Assembly: GCA_964016885.1 (NCBI GenBank)
Contig: OZ024756.1
Location: 44,020,001-44,084,000, forward strand
Source of the DNA: Eledone cirrhosa
Taxonomy: Eukaryota
Direction: 5' to 3'
DNA: 64,000 nt
In this document: positions 29,101 to 40,228 of the stretch, piece after piece
Layout of the letters: each line of letters starts with the position of its first letter
Position numbering within the stretch: position 1 is the first letter of the stretch
Translations under genes and position numbers: made by a program
The notes under the pieces: model-generated
Seen by the model: the letters and a program-made list of their open reading frames with translations, nothing else
What the model was told of the DNA's origin: nothing
Database searches by the model: none

Positions 29101-30498
29101 CACAAAGAGAAGGGGCACAACATGGTCACCGAATTTGTTAGAAGTGGCACCAAATCCACTTCAACCTACTCCCCACTGATTTTTTAAAAAAAGGGAGGGA
29201 TATATTAGATAATGCTATCACAGTTTATCGTCAATTTTCCATGATCGCATGGATAAAACAGGATGTCCTATACTGATGCCCTTCATAAAACCAACCACTT
29301 TGCAGCATGTACTGCGAGCATTTTATCAACACTTTAAAGGGTGGACTGAGTGCATTTTGTCATGGCACCAGCACTACACTATCTTGTCATCTGCTCAAGG
29401 TTGAAAACAGTAAAAATATTTAGAGTATGTCAAAAAAGATTTTTTTAAAGGGAGGGAGGGGGGGGGGGGGGCTGCAGAAAAGGATACAGACGTAGATTCC
29501 CTCGTATTTTACTCAGCTTTCTGAAAATAAAATTGACAAAAGGTTTTTAGATAAATATAAATGCTTTAAAACAAACAAATATTTGAAGCTAGACTGGCTG
29601 CTTTTTATCACGGCACCAGCAATAAACACCTTGTCTATAACAAAAGATGAAGTAAATAGTCAAAAAAATTCTAATCTTATTAACGTAAAATGACTGCAAA
29701 ACAAATGAAAATATTATTAAAGAACAATTTCTTCATGTCTGTCTGCCTGTCCGTCATACATATATGTAGGAGAGAAAAAGAGAAGAAACTTTTTTTTTTA
29801 AAGTTGAGAGAAGGGAAATAATTTGTCATGCTTATAGTTTATTGCAAGGGTTAACAGTAACAAGATAGAGATGTGTAGTAAGTGTATGGGGGGGGGGGGT
29901 TCACTTAGTTATAGATAAATGTTCTTTAACTTACTGAGTAGAAACAGTATTTTCAACAACATATTTCCACAACTGAGCATTGTTCCCTCCTGTTGTTAAT
30001 CTGGTAAACAAACAAAAAACAAGTTTAACCCTTTTAATACCAAACCACATGAAACTACCCCTGTTTATACAATACCTATCTGTTTTTAAAGTGGTTATAT
30101 TTATCTAAAAGCCTATCATTGTAATTTTAGGCAAGAACCTTTCCTAAATTATGTTCGAAACACCAGCTTGATATGTAAGTTATAGTACTAAATGTCATAA
30201 AATTATTTTAAAAACCATAAGCAGTGTCTTTCATTAGAAATATGGCAATGAAAGGAGTAAAATTAAGTATTTATATTTATCTAAACACCTTTCATCATAA
30301 TTTTATGCAAGAATCTTTCTTAAGTTATGTTTCAAATACCAGCTTAATAATGAGAAATCCCACAAAATTATTTTAAAAGACTCACGTTCGGAAATTCTCA
30401 ATGGTTGGCATACGAGGGCAAGTTGGTGGAGGGCGGAACTGCATTTCCTTGGTTGCCCATTCATAAAGACGATAAGGAAGATCTCCTTGCTTAGACAT
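20112..30498 (-). CDS. HAUS5: HAUS augmin-like complex subunit 5, 17 coding exons, about 654 aa
   Basis: Exons (minus strand): 30386-30498, 29935-30000, 29488-29520, 28907-29043, 28329-28491, 27703-27760, 27233-27306, 26898-27074, 26617-26695, 26258-26412, 25699-25861, 25013-25093, 24277-24422, 23938-24052, 23392-23533, 22648-22780, 20112-20241. Total 1965 nt, in phase. Motifs EWATKEM, QLWKYVVE, KIRGNL, DLSINQL, FPMFQAPE and WETQPAQYAVPWVKVNGLTFDQWMERW match the HAUS5 N- and C-termini as I recall them. Confidence 0.88.
20705..21262 (+). mobile_element. tRNA-derived SINE plus two tandem partial duplicates (period about 184 bp)
   Basis: A-box-like tggcagtatcgg, B-box gagttcaaatcc, then body gcctttcatcc...ggggtcgataaaataaagtaccag...ggccttgtgcc. 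The tail occurs three times (about 20823, 21007, 21191). Confidence 0.85.
21991..22330 (+). mobile_element. Second tRNA-derived SINE family followed by an RTE-like tail
   Basis: tggcttagtggttagagc (A box), gaattcaaatctc (B box), ccttgagcaagacact central domain, then ggtgttaggaagggcatccagctgtagaaa and (gat)n. Reverse copies lie near 23200-23350 and 63610-63690. Confidence 0.75.
27985..28167 (-). mobile_element. tRNA-derived SINE (main family), full length
   Basis: Reverse complement of the element at 20705-20893 and 42407-42593. Confidence 0.85.
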
Positions 30499-31356
30499 CC
30501 TCAGCTGTTTTGTGACACCGAGTTCTGAAAAGAATAAATAAATACAAATACACACACATATATACATACATTCCGTCTCGTTGACGGGTGTAATAATTGT
30601 TTCTAATATAAACACAAGGCCAGTAATTTTATAGAAAGAGGACAGTCGATTAGCTCGACCATTTGACTGGTACTTTATTTTATGGACTTTAGAAGGATTA
30701 AAAGTAAAGTTGACCTCCGCCCAGTTATCATCTGAAATTGACATAGTGAAAGGAAGAAAAAGGGCCGACCCACATTATCAATACAACATTTTAAGGCATT
30801 CATCCTTGGTTGGACCTACACTGCTTTCTTTTCCTGTGTGTTTGACTAATTTATAATTGAGATAAATAAATTTATAACGGTTCTTTATGGTTTTAAAAGA
30901 GTTTGACTCTGAGTCAACTGTCAGAGATTGTTTAAACGGAATTATTTAGCACGCTAAAAAAATAGAAGACTAACTTTCTCTCAAATTACACATCGACACA
31001 TTGGACAATAATCTAAGAACAAAAGTAAGGTATCATCGACTGGAATAAAACTTGCAACGGTTTCGTTCAAATAAACTTTGAAAAGTTTCCTTTAAATATT
31101 TCCAACCACCTGTCAACGACATAAAACAATAAGGTCATTATATGTTTTCAGACCTTAATATTGTTCTAAAAAAAAATTAATAAAGTTTCAAATAACTAAA
31201 ATATCTCAGACTTACCAATTCCAGGCGCAAAATAACAAATTTGAAAACCTCTAAATTACCGGGTAAAATGACAAAAGAGTTCCTCTACTAAGGGGAGGCA
31301 ATTCCCAATAAACAGGAAAATATCACTAAATAGCTTTAGGAAGAATATACCATCTT

Positions 31357-31531
31357 CATCGGTAGAGGGTCGGACGCCATGCTTTCCAGCATAGTTACGT
31401 CCCTTTACGTTCTGAGTTCAAATCCCGCGGAGGTTAACTTTGCCTTTGATCCTTACGGGGTCGATAAAATAAAGTACCGGTAATGCACTGGAGTAATTGC
31501 TGGCCTTGTGCCAAAAGTAGAAACAATTATT
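31357..31531 (+). mobile_element. tRNA-derived SINE (main family)
   Basis: atcggtagagggtcggacgccatgc...gagttcaaatcccg...ggccttgtgccaaaagtagaaacaattatt. Confidence 0.85.
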
Positions 31532-31659
31532 ATAGAAAGACACCCTCCTTCGATTTCAGTGGTAAATTTTTTTTTTCGTTTTTTTTTTTAAGGATGGGGG
31601 GGGGGGGTCGGACTTTCAAGGCTCTCCCCTGAATTTTCCTTACCATTTCATTTTAGCTG

Positions 31660-31853
31660 TGTGCCGCCAACTAATCTTACCACTGAACATGCTGCAAAGC
31701 CCCCCCCCCCCCCCCCGGAAAACGGAGGTGGAAGGGGGCTTCGGACCTGCCACCCTTGAAAAAATCCGAGGGTCCCACTTCTTTCTTTTTCGTTTTCCGG
31801 AGGAAAAAAGTCCTTTGCAGCATGTTCAGGGGGTAAGATTAGTTGGCAGCACA
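31660..31853. repeat. Fold-back / MITE-like element with about 40-bp terminal inverted repeats
   Basis: tgtgccgccaactaatcttaccactgaacatgctgcaaag pairs with ctttgcagcatgttcagggggtaagattagttggcagcaca; inner ccggaaaacg/cgttttccgg also pair. Confidence 0.8.
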
Positions 31854-33091
31854 GGGAAAAAATAAAAAAATAAAATAAAAAAGAAACGGTGTATGAATGT
31901 CCCTTCCCAATGATGTTACCAGTTAAATGTCAACTTTTACACAGAGTATACCAAGAAACTAATTTTAGAGAGAATCTATCGCTGAAATAAATCTAACTAG
32001 AACCTAAGTTTGATGGATCATGGCTGACCAGAGATTTAAAAAATACCAACGAAATGATGGCCACCGTGAAGTTTAAGAGGTAATTTAAAGTGCTAAAAAT
32101 AGCAACTAAATCTCCTTAATCCCACACCTTGTTAAACAAGTGATACATAAGATAAAGTAGTAGTCTTAGATACACTACACGTTTAGTGTAAGACAGAATA
32201 GAATTTTAGCTGAGTAAGGGCTGACAACAGAGTAAACAACAATAAACAGAGAGAAAGAGGGAGCTACTATCACATGGTCACTTGACTTGCTAGAAAGTGT
32301 AGTTAAATCTCCCTCAAAAGCGCAGCTTGCTGCCTGCAGAAAGGAAAAGGCTATATTGGTCAATCTAATCCACAAAACGCAGGATAAAAAAGACAGGATG
32401 GTCACGGTCGGAACGCCTATGATCATAAATCAACATTATCAAGGCTCAATCAACAACAGTAACAGAAAAGCAACATTAAGGGTTTCGCCCCTAAAAAAAA
32501 AACCCGTAATTTTTTTTAATTTTTCTACAGTCGCCGCCAGATGGCTGCAGTAAGGAGTGAGAGAGTTACGTCCCTTTGGTGGCCATGTTTCATCAGGTTA
32601 AAAATGATGATTTCATAACGAAATGCAAGTAGTTTCTTCCATTAAAATAATGCATATGAATCTGTCTGATAATTATTATATCTGGCAACAGCTAGACTTG
32701 CATTTTGCAGCAGATTATTTACTGCAATATGTAGGTAAGTGCAATATAACATTTGATCACCATTTCAGTGTCCGTTTATCTTTTGTCATCTATTTGTTTG
32801 TTTTTATTTTTTCGCAACGATCAGTTTTTGATGTTGCGTGTATCGTGTATATAATGTGTTCGATATATATATATATATATATGAGTGTGTGTGTGTGTAT
32901 GTAAATATGTGTAGGTGTGTCGCTGTATATATTAATATACCTGGATGTGGGTGTGTATGTTTATATGTCTATGTTCGCGTTATATGTGTGTATGCAATAT
33001 ATACATACATTTGTGTGTGTGTGTATGTTTCTGTCCTGGTATATTTCTAGGTTATTATATATATATATATATAACGGATGTTAGTTCTCTG

Positions 33092-33135
<44 letters not shown>

Positions 33136-36100
33136 CAGTTACACATACATACATATATGTGGGTGTGTGCAAATGTATGATATTGCATTGTAGCTATGTA
33201 ATTTGTATATATATATATATATACAACTGAATGTTCATCATATTTATCTCTCTCTATATATATATACGTGTGTGTGATTATGTACCTGTAGGTGTCTATG
33301 TGCTTGTCAACGATTCTGTGTAACTATTGTTGAGATGCGAGTTCGAGTCCTGCAGGGTTGTCATGTTTTATAAAATATATTTCTGTTCTTTGCTTTAGTT
33401 TATTTGTGTGTGGTTATAGATATAATTGTGTATCTATCTCTTAACTGTTGTCTGTCATTGGACTCCGCCTTCAAATGTCCACGCCAACCTTTATTTCTTT
33501 GGGTGAGAAGATAGAATGAAAGACAGAAGACAATATGTGTGGAAATTAAACGAAGTCATTTTCACAACAATGACCACCAATAAAAATGAAAGTCTTGTTT
33601 CCTTTATCGACCCGATTAACAACATAAACACACCTATACCTACACACATATATACACATACGTATATACGTAGATTCACACACACATACGTGTGTATATA
33701 TATATATATATACGTATATACGTACATTCACACACACATACGTGTATATATATATATATATATGAGTCCTGTATGAGTGTATATATATATATACATACAC
33801 ACACACATACAGGACTCACTTCTGGGCAGTTTCAATCTTCCAAAGTTATAGTAAAAAGACGTTTCACCATTGTGCCACAATGTGGATTCGAACCCAGAAA
33901 TCAGAAAGAACTACTCGGTCGCCAAGCTAAATCTTAACCACACAACCATCTCTGTATCGATATAAGACTGACTGTATATTATATATATATGTGTGTGTGT
34001 GTGTTGAGCTGACATCATCAATTACATTTCATTTTATCGACCAACACGAACAAAAATATCAGGATTTCTATGTCAAACATTATCTGCTTTTATTAACTTC
34101 CAACGACCCCCTCAAATTATAATAATTTTGTTTTTAATATATGTACAGCAATTAAAAAAGGGGCGATGTGTGTCTTTGTGGGGTGGGGAGACCCACGTAC
34201 TCAATCACACGTCACCATAAGGGGCGTTGGAGTTTCCCTTCTAATAATATTTTTTGGGGGGACAAGACACAATACACATTGGTGCAGATGATGGCGAGAC
34301 TAAGATGCTGGAATAACTAAGTCACCTCGCGTGTATCATCTAATACATCGGTAAGGCGAGCTGCCAACGGTCCAGCTGCTCCTTAATATCTCAAGTAGAA
34401 AAAAGTGACGGGGGGTTACTGTATCCTTTACCGAACGAAATAAAATTCTAAAATACCAGGAATTATTGGTAAACTATTTGAAAATTATTAAGATTAATAT
34501 TGAATTGAAAAAAAATATAATCAAGTGAAATAAAATGATTTGTTTTTTCTAACCCCCCCCCCTCCCTACCCCCAATAAAAGCAGTAATTTATCCGAAATA
34601 GGAATTCCAAAAGAAGAAATGATGAGGGGTGGGGCTGGAATAAAATAAATCCCTTTCCCCTCTTATTTATACTCAACAAATAGCTCTATTTATGTGGTGA
34701 ATCAATTTTTAAATGTTTTGATAGTTTAACTTGAGGTTTACATCTCGTATCTCCACATTTACCTCATCTAATTTCATTTACACCCTCTCCCTTCTCATTT
34801 ACACATAATGTGATAATACTTATTAGATAAGAATGACATGCGCACCACCGCTGTTGCATTTATATTATACAGTGTGTGTGTGTGTGTGTGTAAATTGTGG
34901 AATTAGGTAGGAAACCTAACGATTATTTCATAATAAATTATAATTGCTATAATAATAAAAATGAATTCTGATATAAGCATAAGGCCTTAAATTTGATGGT
35001 GGGGGGGAAATTGAAACCAGAGACAGTAAAACACAATTTGTCAACCTCATTATAGATTTAGAAATTGACTGCCCTGACAAATAATAATAATTATAATAAT
35101 TTATTCATTTGTTTATATATGCTTGTATATTAAAACAGTAGCTAAGTATAGTTACGTATTTACTTATGTAGATCTGTCGTACACACTAAATAGAGTATTA
35201 GTAAATTAAATTACAAAATAGGTCTTTACGTCTTTAATCACACCTTTATATATATATTCGTATGTGGTTGACGGCTGAGAGAAAAGAGTACTCAATACCG
35301 AAATAGTCTTTATATATATATATATATTAATTTTAATATATACAATACTTAATGGATACTTCTTACAGAATGAAAATATAAAAACATAATAATTTCTATT
35401 TATTGCTAGGGATCTAAATATATAATACACATATAAGCGAGAGGGGAAAAAACAAACAAACAAAACTATTAATTCACCAGCAAGTGCGGCAATCTGTCAC
35501 AGTCTCACATACACACACAGTCTCGCACACACAGTCACAGTCTCTCACACATACACACACAGTCTCGCACACCTGTCAATGGAAATTTTTGAGGCAACAA
35601 CACGCTCTCAGTAATACTGCGGATGATGGCGAGGCTAAGGCGCTGAAACAACCAGGTACCCTCACAGGCATCTGTGTATCATGGGTCCCTGTATCGAGGT
35701 GGTACGACGAATCATAAATATCTATAATAGCGATAAAATATCGATGTTGCCTCCTTTTTTAAACTAAATAAATTTGTATTTTTGTCGTTGTTGTTGTTTG
35801 TAGTGAAAACGAAACAAATATAAATTATAACATAGACACACGCACATACAGATTAGTAGAACATGCTTTACGGCATAGAGTTATGGCCCTTTATGTTCTG
35901 AGTTCAAATACTGCCAAAGTTAGCTTTGCCTTTCATCCTTACGGGGTCGATAAAATAAAGTACCAGTAATGGACTGGGGTCGATTTAATCGACTTTTCCC
36001 TCCCCTAAAGTTGTTGGCCTTGTGCCTAAATCAGAAACCAATAATTCTGAGCTTTATTTTACACAATTGTTACTTTATGCCTCTTTCCTATATATATGTG

Positions 36101-36255
36101 TGTGTAATTGAGGATCTTATATACTACATGACTTATAGATGGTGTGTCTGTGTACAGAACCCACAACATAAATACACTCACACATAGTCTTTGGTGTACT
36201 CTTGTCTTATTTATTTTATTTTCTTTAACTTAATTGTTTTTTGCTTGTTTTACAG

Positions 36256-36313
36256 GTGTTGCTGGAATGAGATCGGTCCGTTAGTCTCTTTTGTGAAAGT
36301 GTTGCCTAATTTG
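36256..36313 (+). other. Probable 5'UTR exon of the zinc-finger gene
   Basis: Strong polypyrimidine tract with tttacag acceptor and ttg/gtaagg donor; the next acceptor, ttttcag near 36384, precedes the ATG at 36532. Confidence 0.55.
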
Positions 36314-36531
36314 GTAAGGCACCAGATATACATATATGTATGTATAGGTACATATACAAATAGATATGTGTGTATAATTTTCAGCTGCGGTCATTTTCTG
36401 AGACTGTCTCTCCCTCCATATCTTTCTATACTATGTCTTGTGTCTATGACTGACTGAAGAGAAAACAACTAGACAGAGAAATAGAAACCAATCAGACCCA
36501 GAAATATCGTTTGAAAAGTTAGGTGGACAAG

Positions 36532-39498
36532 ATGGCAAGTGATAAAGAAGATGTGGAGAAGACTGTTACTGTCACTCTACCGGACGATAAGACATTGGAG
36601 AAGAGTCCTGAGAAAAGCAATGAGGTTGCTCCAAATGATGGTGAAGGTGAAGACAACACACCAATGTCACCTGTTACTCCAACTCTTCGGCCAAGGGCAG
36701 CCAAAAATTCGGCCAGAATGTTGAATAAATTGCTGAGTTCTAGTCAGGAGATGAGGAAGCGTCCTGTCAGAAGTACGAGACCAAAGAGGAAGCTACTAAC
36801 CGAGTTCCGACCTTTCAAATGTGAGTACTGTGGGAAATACTTCCCGAAGGCCAAACAATTGTCTATACACGTCCGCACTCACACTGGCGAGAAACCGTAC
36901 AAATGTGAACAGTGTCAGCGTGCATTCACTCAATCACATCATCTCGTCACGCATCTCCGAACCCACACCAAAGATCGTCCTTACCCATGCGTCTGCTGTC
37001 CCCGAGCATTCACAACGTCCAGTAGTCTGACCCGGCATGTGCGCACTGCCCACTTACATGAACGTCCCTTTAAATGTACATATTGCGACAGGGCTTTCGC
37101 ATTCCAGGATCGCTTGGACTCACATATTCGAACTCATACCGGTGTAAGACCCTTTCAGTGCCCCATGTGTCCACGTGCATTTGCCGTCTCCTATCGACTG
37201 ACTGCACACATTTTCATCCACCGTCATGGCAAACCCCACAAATGCACGTACTGCCCCAAAGCATTTGCTGTCGCTTCTCATCTGACAAAGCACATCCGTG
37301 TACATACGGGCGAACGACCCTTTAAATGTGTCCACTGCGAGAAGTCATTCACCCAACCCTATCATTTGACTATACATCTGAGGAATCATTCCGGAGAAAG
37401 ACCCTATAAATGCACTTACTGCACCGAAGCGTTTAAACGATCCGGTGACTTGCGCGCTCACATTCGGATCCACACAGGCGAGAGGCCATTTCAGTGCAAA
37501 GTTTGCGGGAGACAGTTCACACAGTCAAGTAACTTGTCGAAGCACCAGAAAATACATACCAACGACCGTCCTTTCCGGTGTTCTCACTGTGATCGTGGCT
37601 TCATCCGAGCTAGTAGTGTGATTGCCCATGAGAGGACACACACTGGGGAGAAGCCATACAACTGTGGTCTGTGTCCCAAAGCTTTTATGTCCATGGGAAG
37701 TCTCACGAAACACGTTAAGCTGAATCATGGAGGAGAAGACGGCGTTGATTCTAATGAGGCTTTTGCTAAATCTTACAAGTGCGAATTCTGTCCGGAGGCG
37801 TTTCGAAGGCGCTGGGAGTTAAAGGACCACTTTCAAAAGACCCACTCAAAAGACAGACCCTATAAATGTGACCAGTGTGACAAAGCATTCACTCAGAGTA
37901 CCCACTTAACCTCACACAAACGTACACATACATCAGAGTCGACTGCTACCACCAAAACAACCGACAACTCTGAAAATGATTCTGAAAAGAAACTCAGTTC
38001 AGATGGAAGCGCTGACAATCAAAATAGTGGGAGCCAAGATGATAAAGGAACTGAGACAAAATCTTCGACAGCAGATGTAAAACCAGAGAAACCGTTTAAG
38101 TGTGAGTACTGCGCCTACACATGCCGACGACGACACGACCTAACAAAACACACTCGCAAACACACGGGGGTTTCACCTCATCAGTGTGAGTTCTGTGCCA
38201 AGACTTTCACGCAGCGAGGAAACTTACTTTCACACAGGCGTATCCACACAGGTGAGAAGCCGTACAAGTGCGACTACTGCGAGAGTCGGTTTCGTTCTAG
38301 CAGCCACTACAGCACACATTTGAAACTACATACTGGAGACATGCACAAATGCCAGCACTGCGGAAAGCAATTCACAAAACTTGATCATTACCAAAAACAT
38401 TTACGTATTCACACCGGAGAGAAACCATTTCGCTGTGAATATTGTGGAAAAGGATTCTCTGCTTCTGAATATTTGACTGTACATCTACGTATTCACACAG
38501 GAGTGAAACCCTACAACTGTAGCCACTGTGGAGAGGCGTTCAGGCGCGTTGGAGACCTGCGTGTACATGAAATGATACATACTGGCTACAGGCCATACAA
38601 ATGCCAGTATTGTGATAAGGGATTTAGGAAATCATATGGTCTGACAGCCCACCTCCGGAGTCATACTGGAGAACGCAACCACAAATGTGAGATGTGCAAC
38701 AAGTCATATGGGACTGCATCTCACCTGAAGCAGCATCAGCTGGTTCACAACACTGAACGTCCATACAAGTGTAAATACTGCAACAAGACATTTGCTGAGT
38801 CGAGGAACCTCGCCATACATACACGCAGTCACTCTGGAGAGCGTCCGTTTGGCTGTTCATTCTGCGACAAGTCGTTTACACGGCTCGACAAGTTGACTAT
38901 ACACCAACGTACTCACACCGGTGACCGGCCATATACATGTCGTTACTGTGATAAATCTTTCACTGCAGCTTATGGCCTCAACAAACACATGAAGACACAC
39001 TCGCATGAGAAGAAGTATGCCTGTCCATGGTGCGGAGATGACTACCTGCAGTTTCCTGCACTCAATGCACACATGGCTACTCACACTGGCCTCGACAAGA
39101 ACAAGTGCAACCTGTGCGGTGTGCAATTCTCCGACACCGACCAGCTGAATAAACACCTGTGGACATGCTTCCTAACACTGGGAAGCTCCAGTCAGCCCCT
39201 TCCAGAGAACACACAAGTGGCTAGTTCCTCAGAAGAGGCTAACCTGTCGGAACCGTGCAACGAACTCTCGCCACCACCTCCACCTCCAACGCTGCCACCA
39301 CCACCACTACCAACAACAACAGCAACAACAACTGGCAATGTAAAGAATGAAATGGCCTCTATTTGGCAGCATCCTAACACACATTACATAATGGATAACA
39401 TTTCCAAGATCCCTGCTGCACAATTTTCCAGAAATAATTCTCAAAGTACCGATTCTCAATGCACTTATGAATACGCTGGCAACATGTTCCTATTATGA
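36532..39498 (+). CDS. Poly-C2H2 zinc-finger protein (25 C2H2 + 1 C2HC fingers), about 988 aa, single coding exon
   Basis: Uninterrupted ORF with repeated CxxC-x12-Hxxx(x)H fingers and TGEKP/TGERP linkers. Two arrays of 13 are separated by an S/T/D-rich linker; basic NLS-like RKRPVRSTRPKRK near the N-terminus. The first ATG is at 36532 (the ORF track starts at a GTG, 36523). Confidence 0.96.
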   Translation: MASDKEDVEKTVTVTLPDDKTLEKSPEKSNEVAPNDGEGEDNTPMSPVTPTLRPRAAKNSARMLNKLLSSSQEMRKRPVRSTRPKRKLLTEFRPFKCEYCGKYFPKAKQLSIHVRTHTGEKPYKCEQCQRAFTQSHHLVTHLRTHTKDRPYPCVCCPRAFTTSSSLTRHVRTAHLHERPFKCTYCDRAFAFQDRLDSHIRTHTGVRPFQCPMCPRAFAVSYRLTAHIFIHRHGKPHKCTYCPKAFAVASHLTKHIRVHTGERPFKCVHCEKSFTQPYHLTIHLRNHSGERPYKCTYCTEAFKRSGDLRAHIRIHTGERPFQCKVCGRQFTQSSNLSKHQKIHTNDRPFRCSHCDRGFIRASSVIAHERTHTGEKPYNCGLCPKAFMSMGSLTKHVKLNHGGEDGVDSNEAFAKSYKCEFCPEAFRRRWELKDHFQKTHSKDRPYKCDQCDKAFTQSTHLTSHKRTHTSESTATTKTTDNSENDSEKKLSSDGSADNQNSGSQDDKGTETKSSTADVKPEKPFKCEYCAYTCRRRHDLTKHTRKHTGVSPHQCEFCAKTFTQRGNLLSHRRIHTGEKPYKCDYCESRFRSSSHYSTHLKLHTGDMHKCQHCGKQFTKLDHYQKHLRIHTGEKPFRCEYCGKGFSASEYLTVHLRIHTGVKPYNCSHCGEAFRRVGDLRVHEMIHTGYRPYKCQYCDKGFRKSYGLTAHLRSHTGERNHKCEMCNKSYGTASHLKQHQLVHNTERPYKCKYCNKTFAESRNLAIHTRSHSGERPFGCSFCDKSFTRLDKLTIHQRTHTGDRPYTCRYCDKSFTAAYGLNKHMKTHSHEKKYACPWCGDDYLQFPALNAHMATHTGLDKNKCNLCGVQFSDTDQLNKHLWTCFLTLGSSSQPLPENTQVASSSEEANLSEPCNELSPPPPPPTLPPPPLPTTTATTTGNVKNEMASIWQHPNTHYIMDNISKIPAAQFSRNNSQSTDSQCTYEYAGNMFLL

Positions 39499-39861
39499 AG
39501 GTCAGTGGCTCGGTCAGTAATTAGTAGAGTGGTCAACTAAATCCTTTTACAATTATTTGGTTTCATCAATTCTTAGGTTCTGTACTCGGATTCCCACACT
39601 GGGGTGGAGTCTGTCTTTTTAACCCTTCCAATTGCAAGCTGGGTGAGGGTGGAACACACATTAAAATAAGTACTACCAGTAAATATTAGAGTAACGTCAA
39701 TTCAATGGATTATAAACGAAACCAGCCACACGGAACACCCACTTAACACTCTTCTCCTTCCCAAAATCTGACTTAGGTATTAGAAAAAGAAATATGTTTC
39801 TGTTATGATCATATTTTTGTTGTTGTTTTGAGCCTTTTTCAAATTAGGGTATCTACTGACC

Positions 39862-39975
39862 CTGACTATATCACAACTGTCTGTGACATGGGTCTTCTGA
39901 TACTGACTATATCACAACTGTCTGTGACATGGATCTGTTGACCCTGAGTATATCACAACTGTCTGTGACATGGGT
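39862..39975. repeat. Three copies of an approximately 41-bp tandem unit downstream of the ZNF stop
   Basis: ctgactatatcacaactgtctgtgacatgg occurs three times. Confidence 0.85.
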
Positions 39976-40109
39976 CTGAAATATTTATTAGTCCCTCTAT
40001 ACCTCCCCTCAGCCCTTTTTTTGCTGGCAATGGGAAGACAACGTCCCTGTCCTTTCTTTGAATCTCTTGGCCAACTCTTAATTTGTAGATCAGTGCCAAT
40101 ACATCCATT

Positions 40110-40228
40110 TAACCCTGCGATAGACTGGCATCCTGTCCCAGAAGGAGTCATGCACTCTCAGTCCCCTAATGACACATAAACCAGGATAAGCACTGGCCTG
40201 TGAGCCTCCGGGCTCGAAACAGACTTTA
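40110..40228 (+). mobile_element. SINE 3' portion with a V-domain-like motif
   Basis: aaccctgcgatagactggcatcctgtccca...aaaccaggataagc resembles the conserved CCTGCGATGGACTGGCG.CC.GTCCAG block of V-SINE-type elements. Confidence 0.5.

Larger units (their letters stand above)
31216..32733. promoter_or_regulatory. Putative divergent promoter region between HAUS5 and the zinc-finger gene
   Basis: Minus-strand donor (cttac, 31211-31215) upstream of the HAUS5 ATG exon, and plus-strand donor ag/gtaagt near 32733 preceded by a locally CpG-richer stretch. Start sites are inferred only. Confidence 0.4.

Noticed and set aside
36539-39380. Short overlapping and antisense ORFs within the ZNF CDS
   Set aside because: Shadow frames of the real 988-aa ORF.
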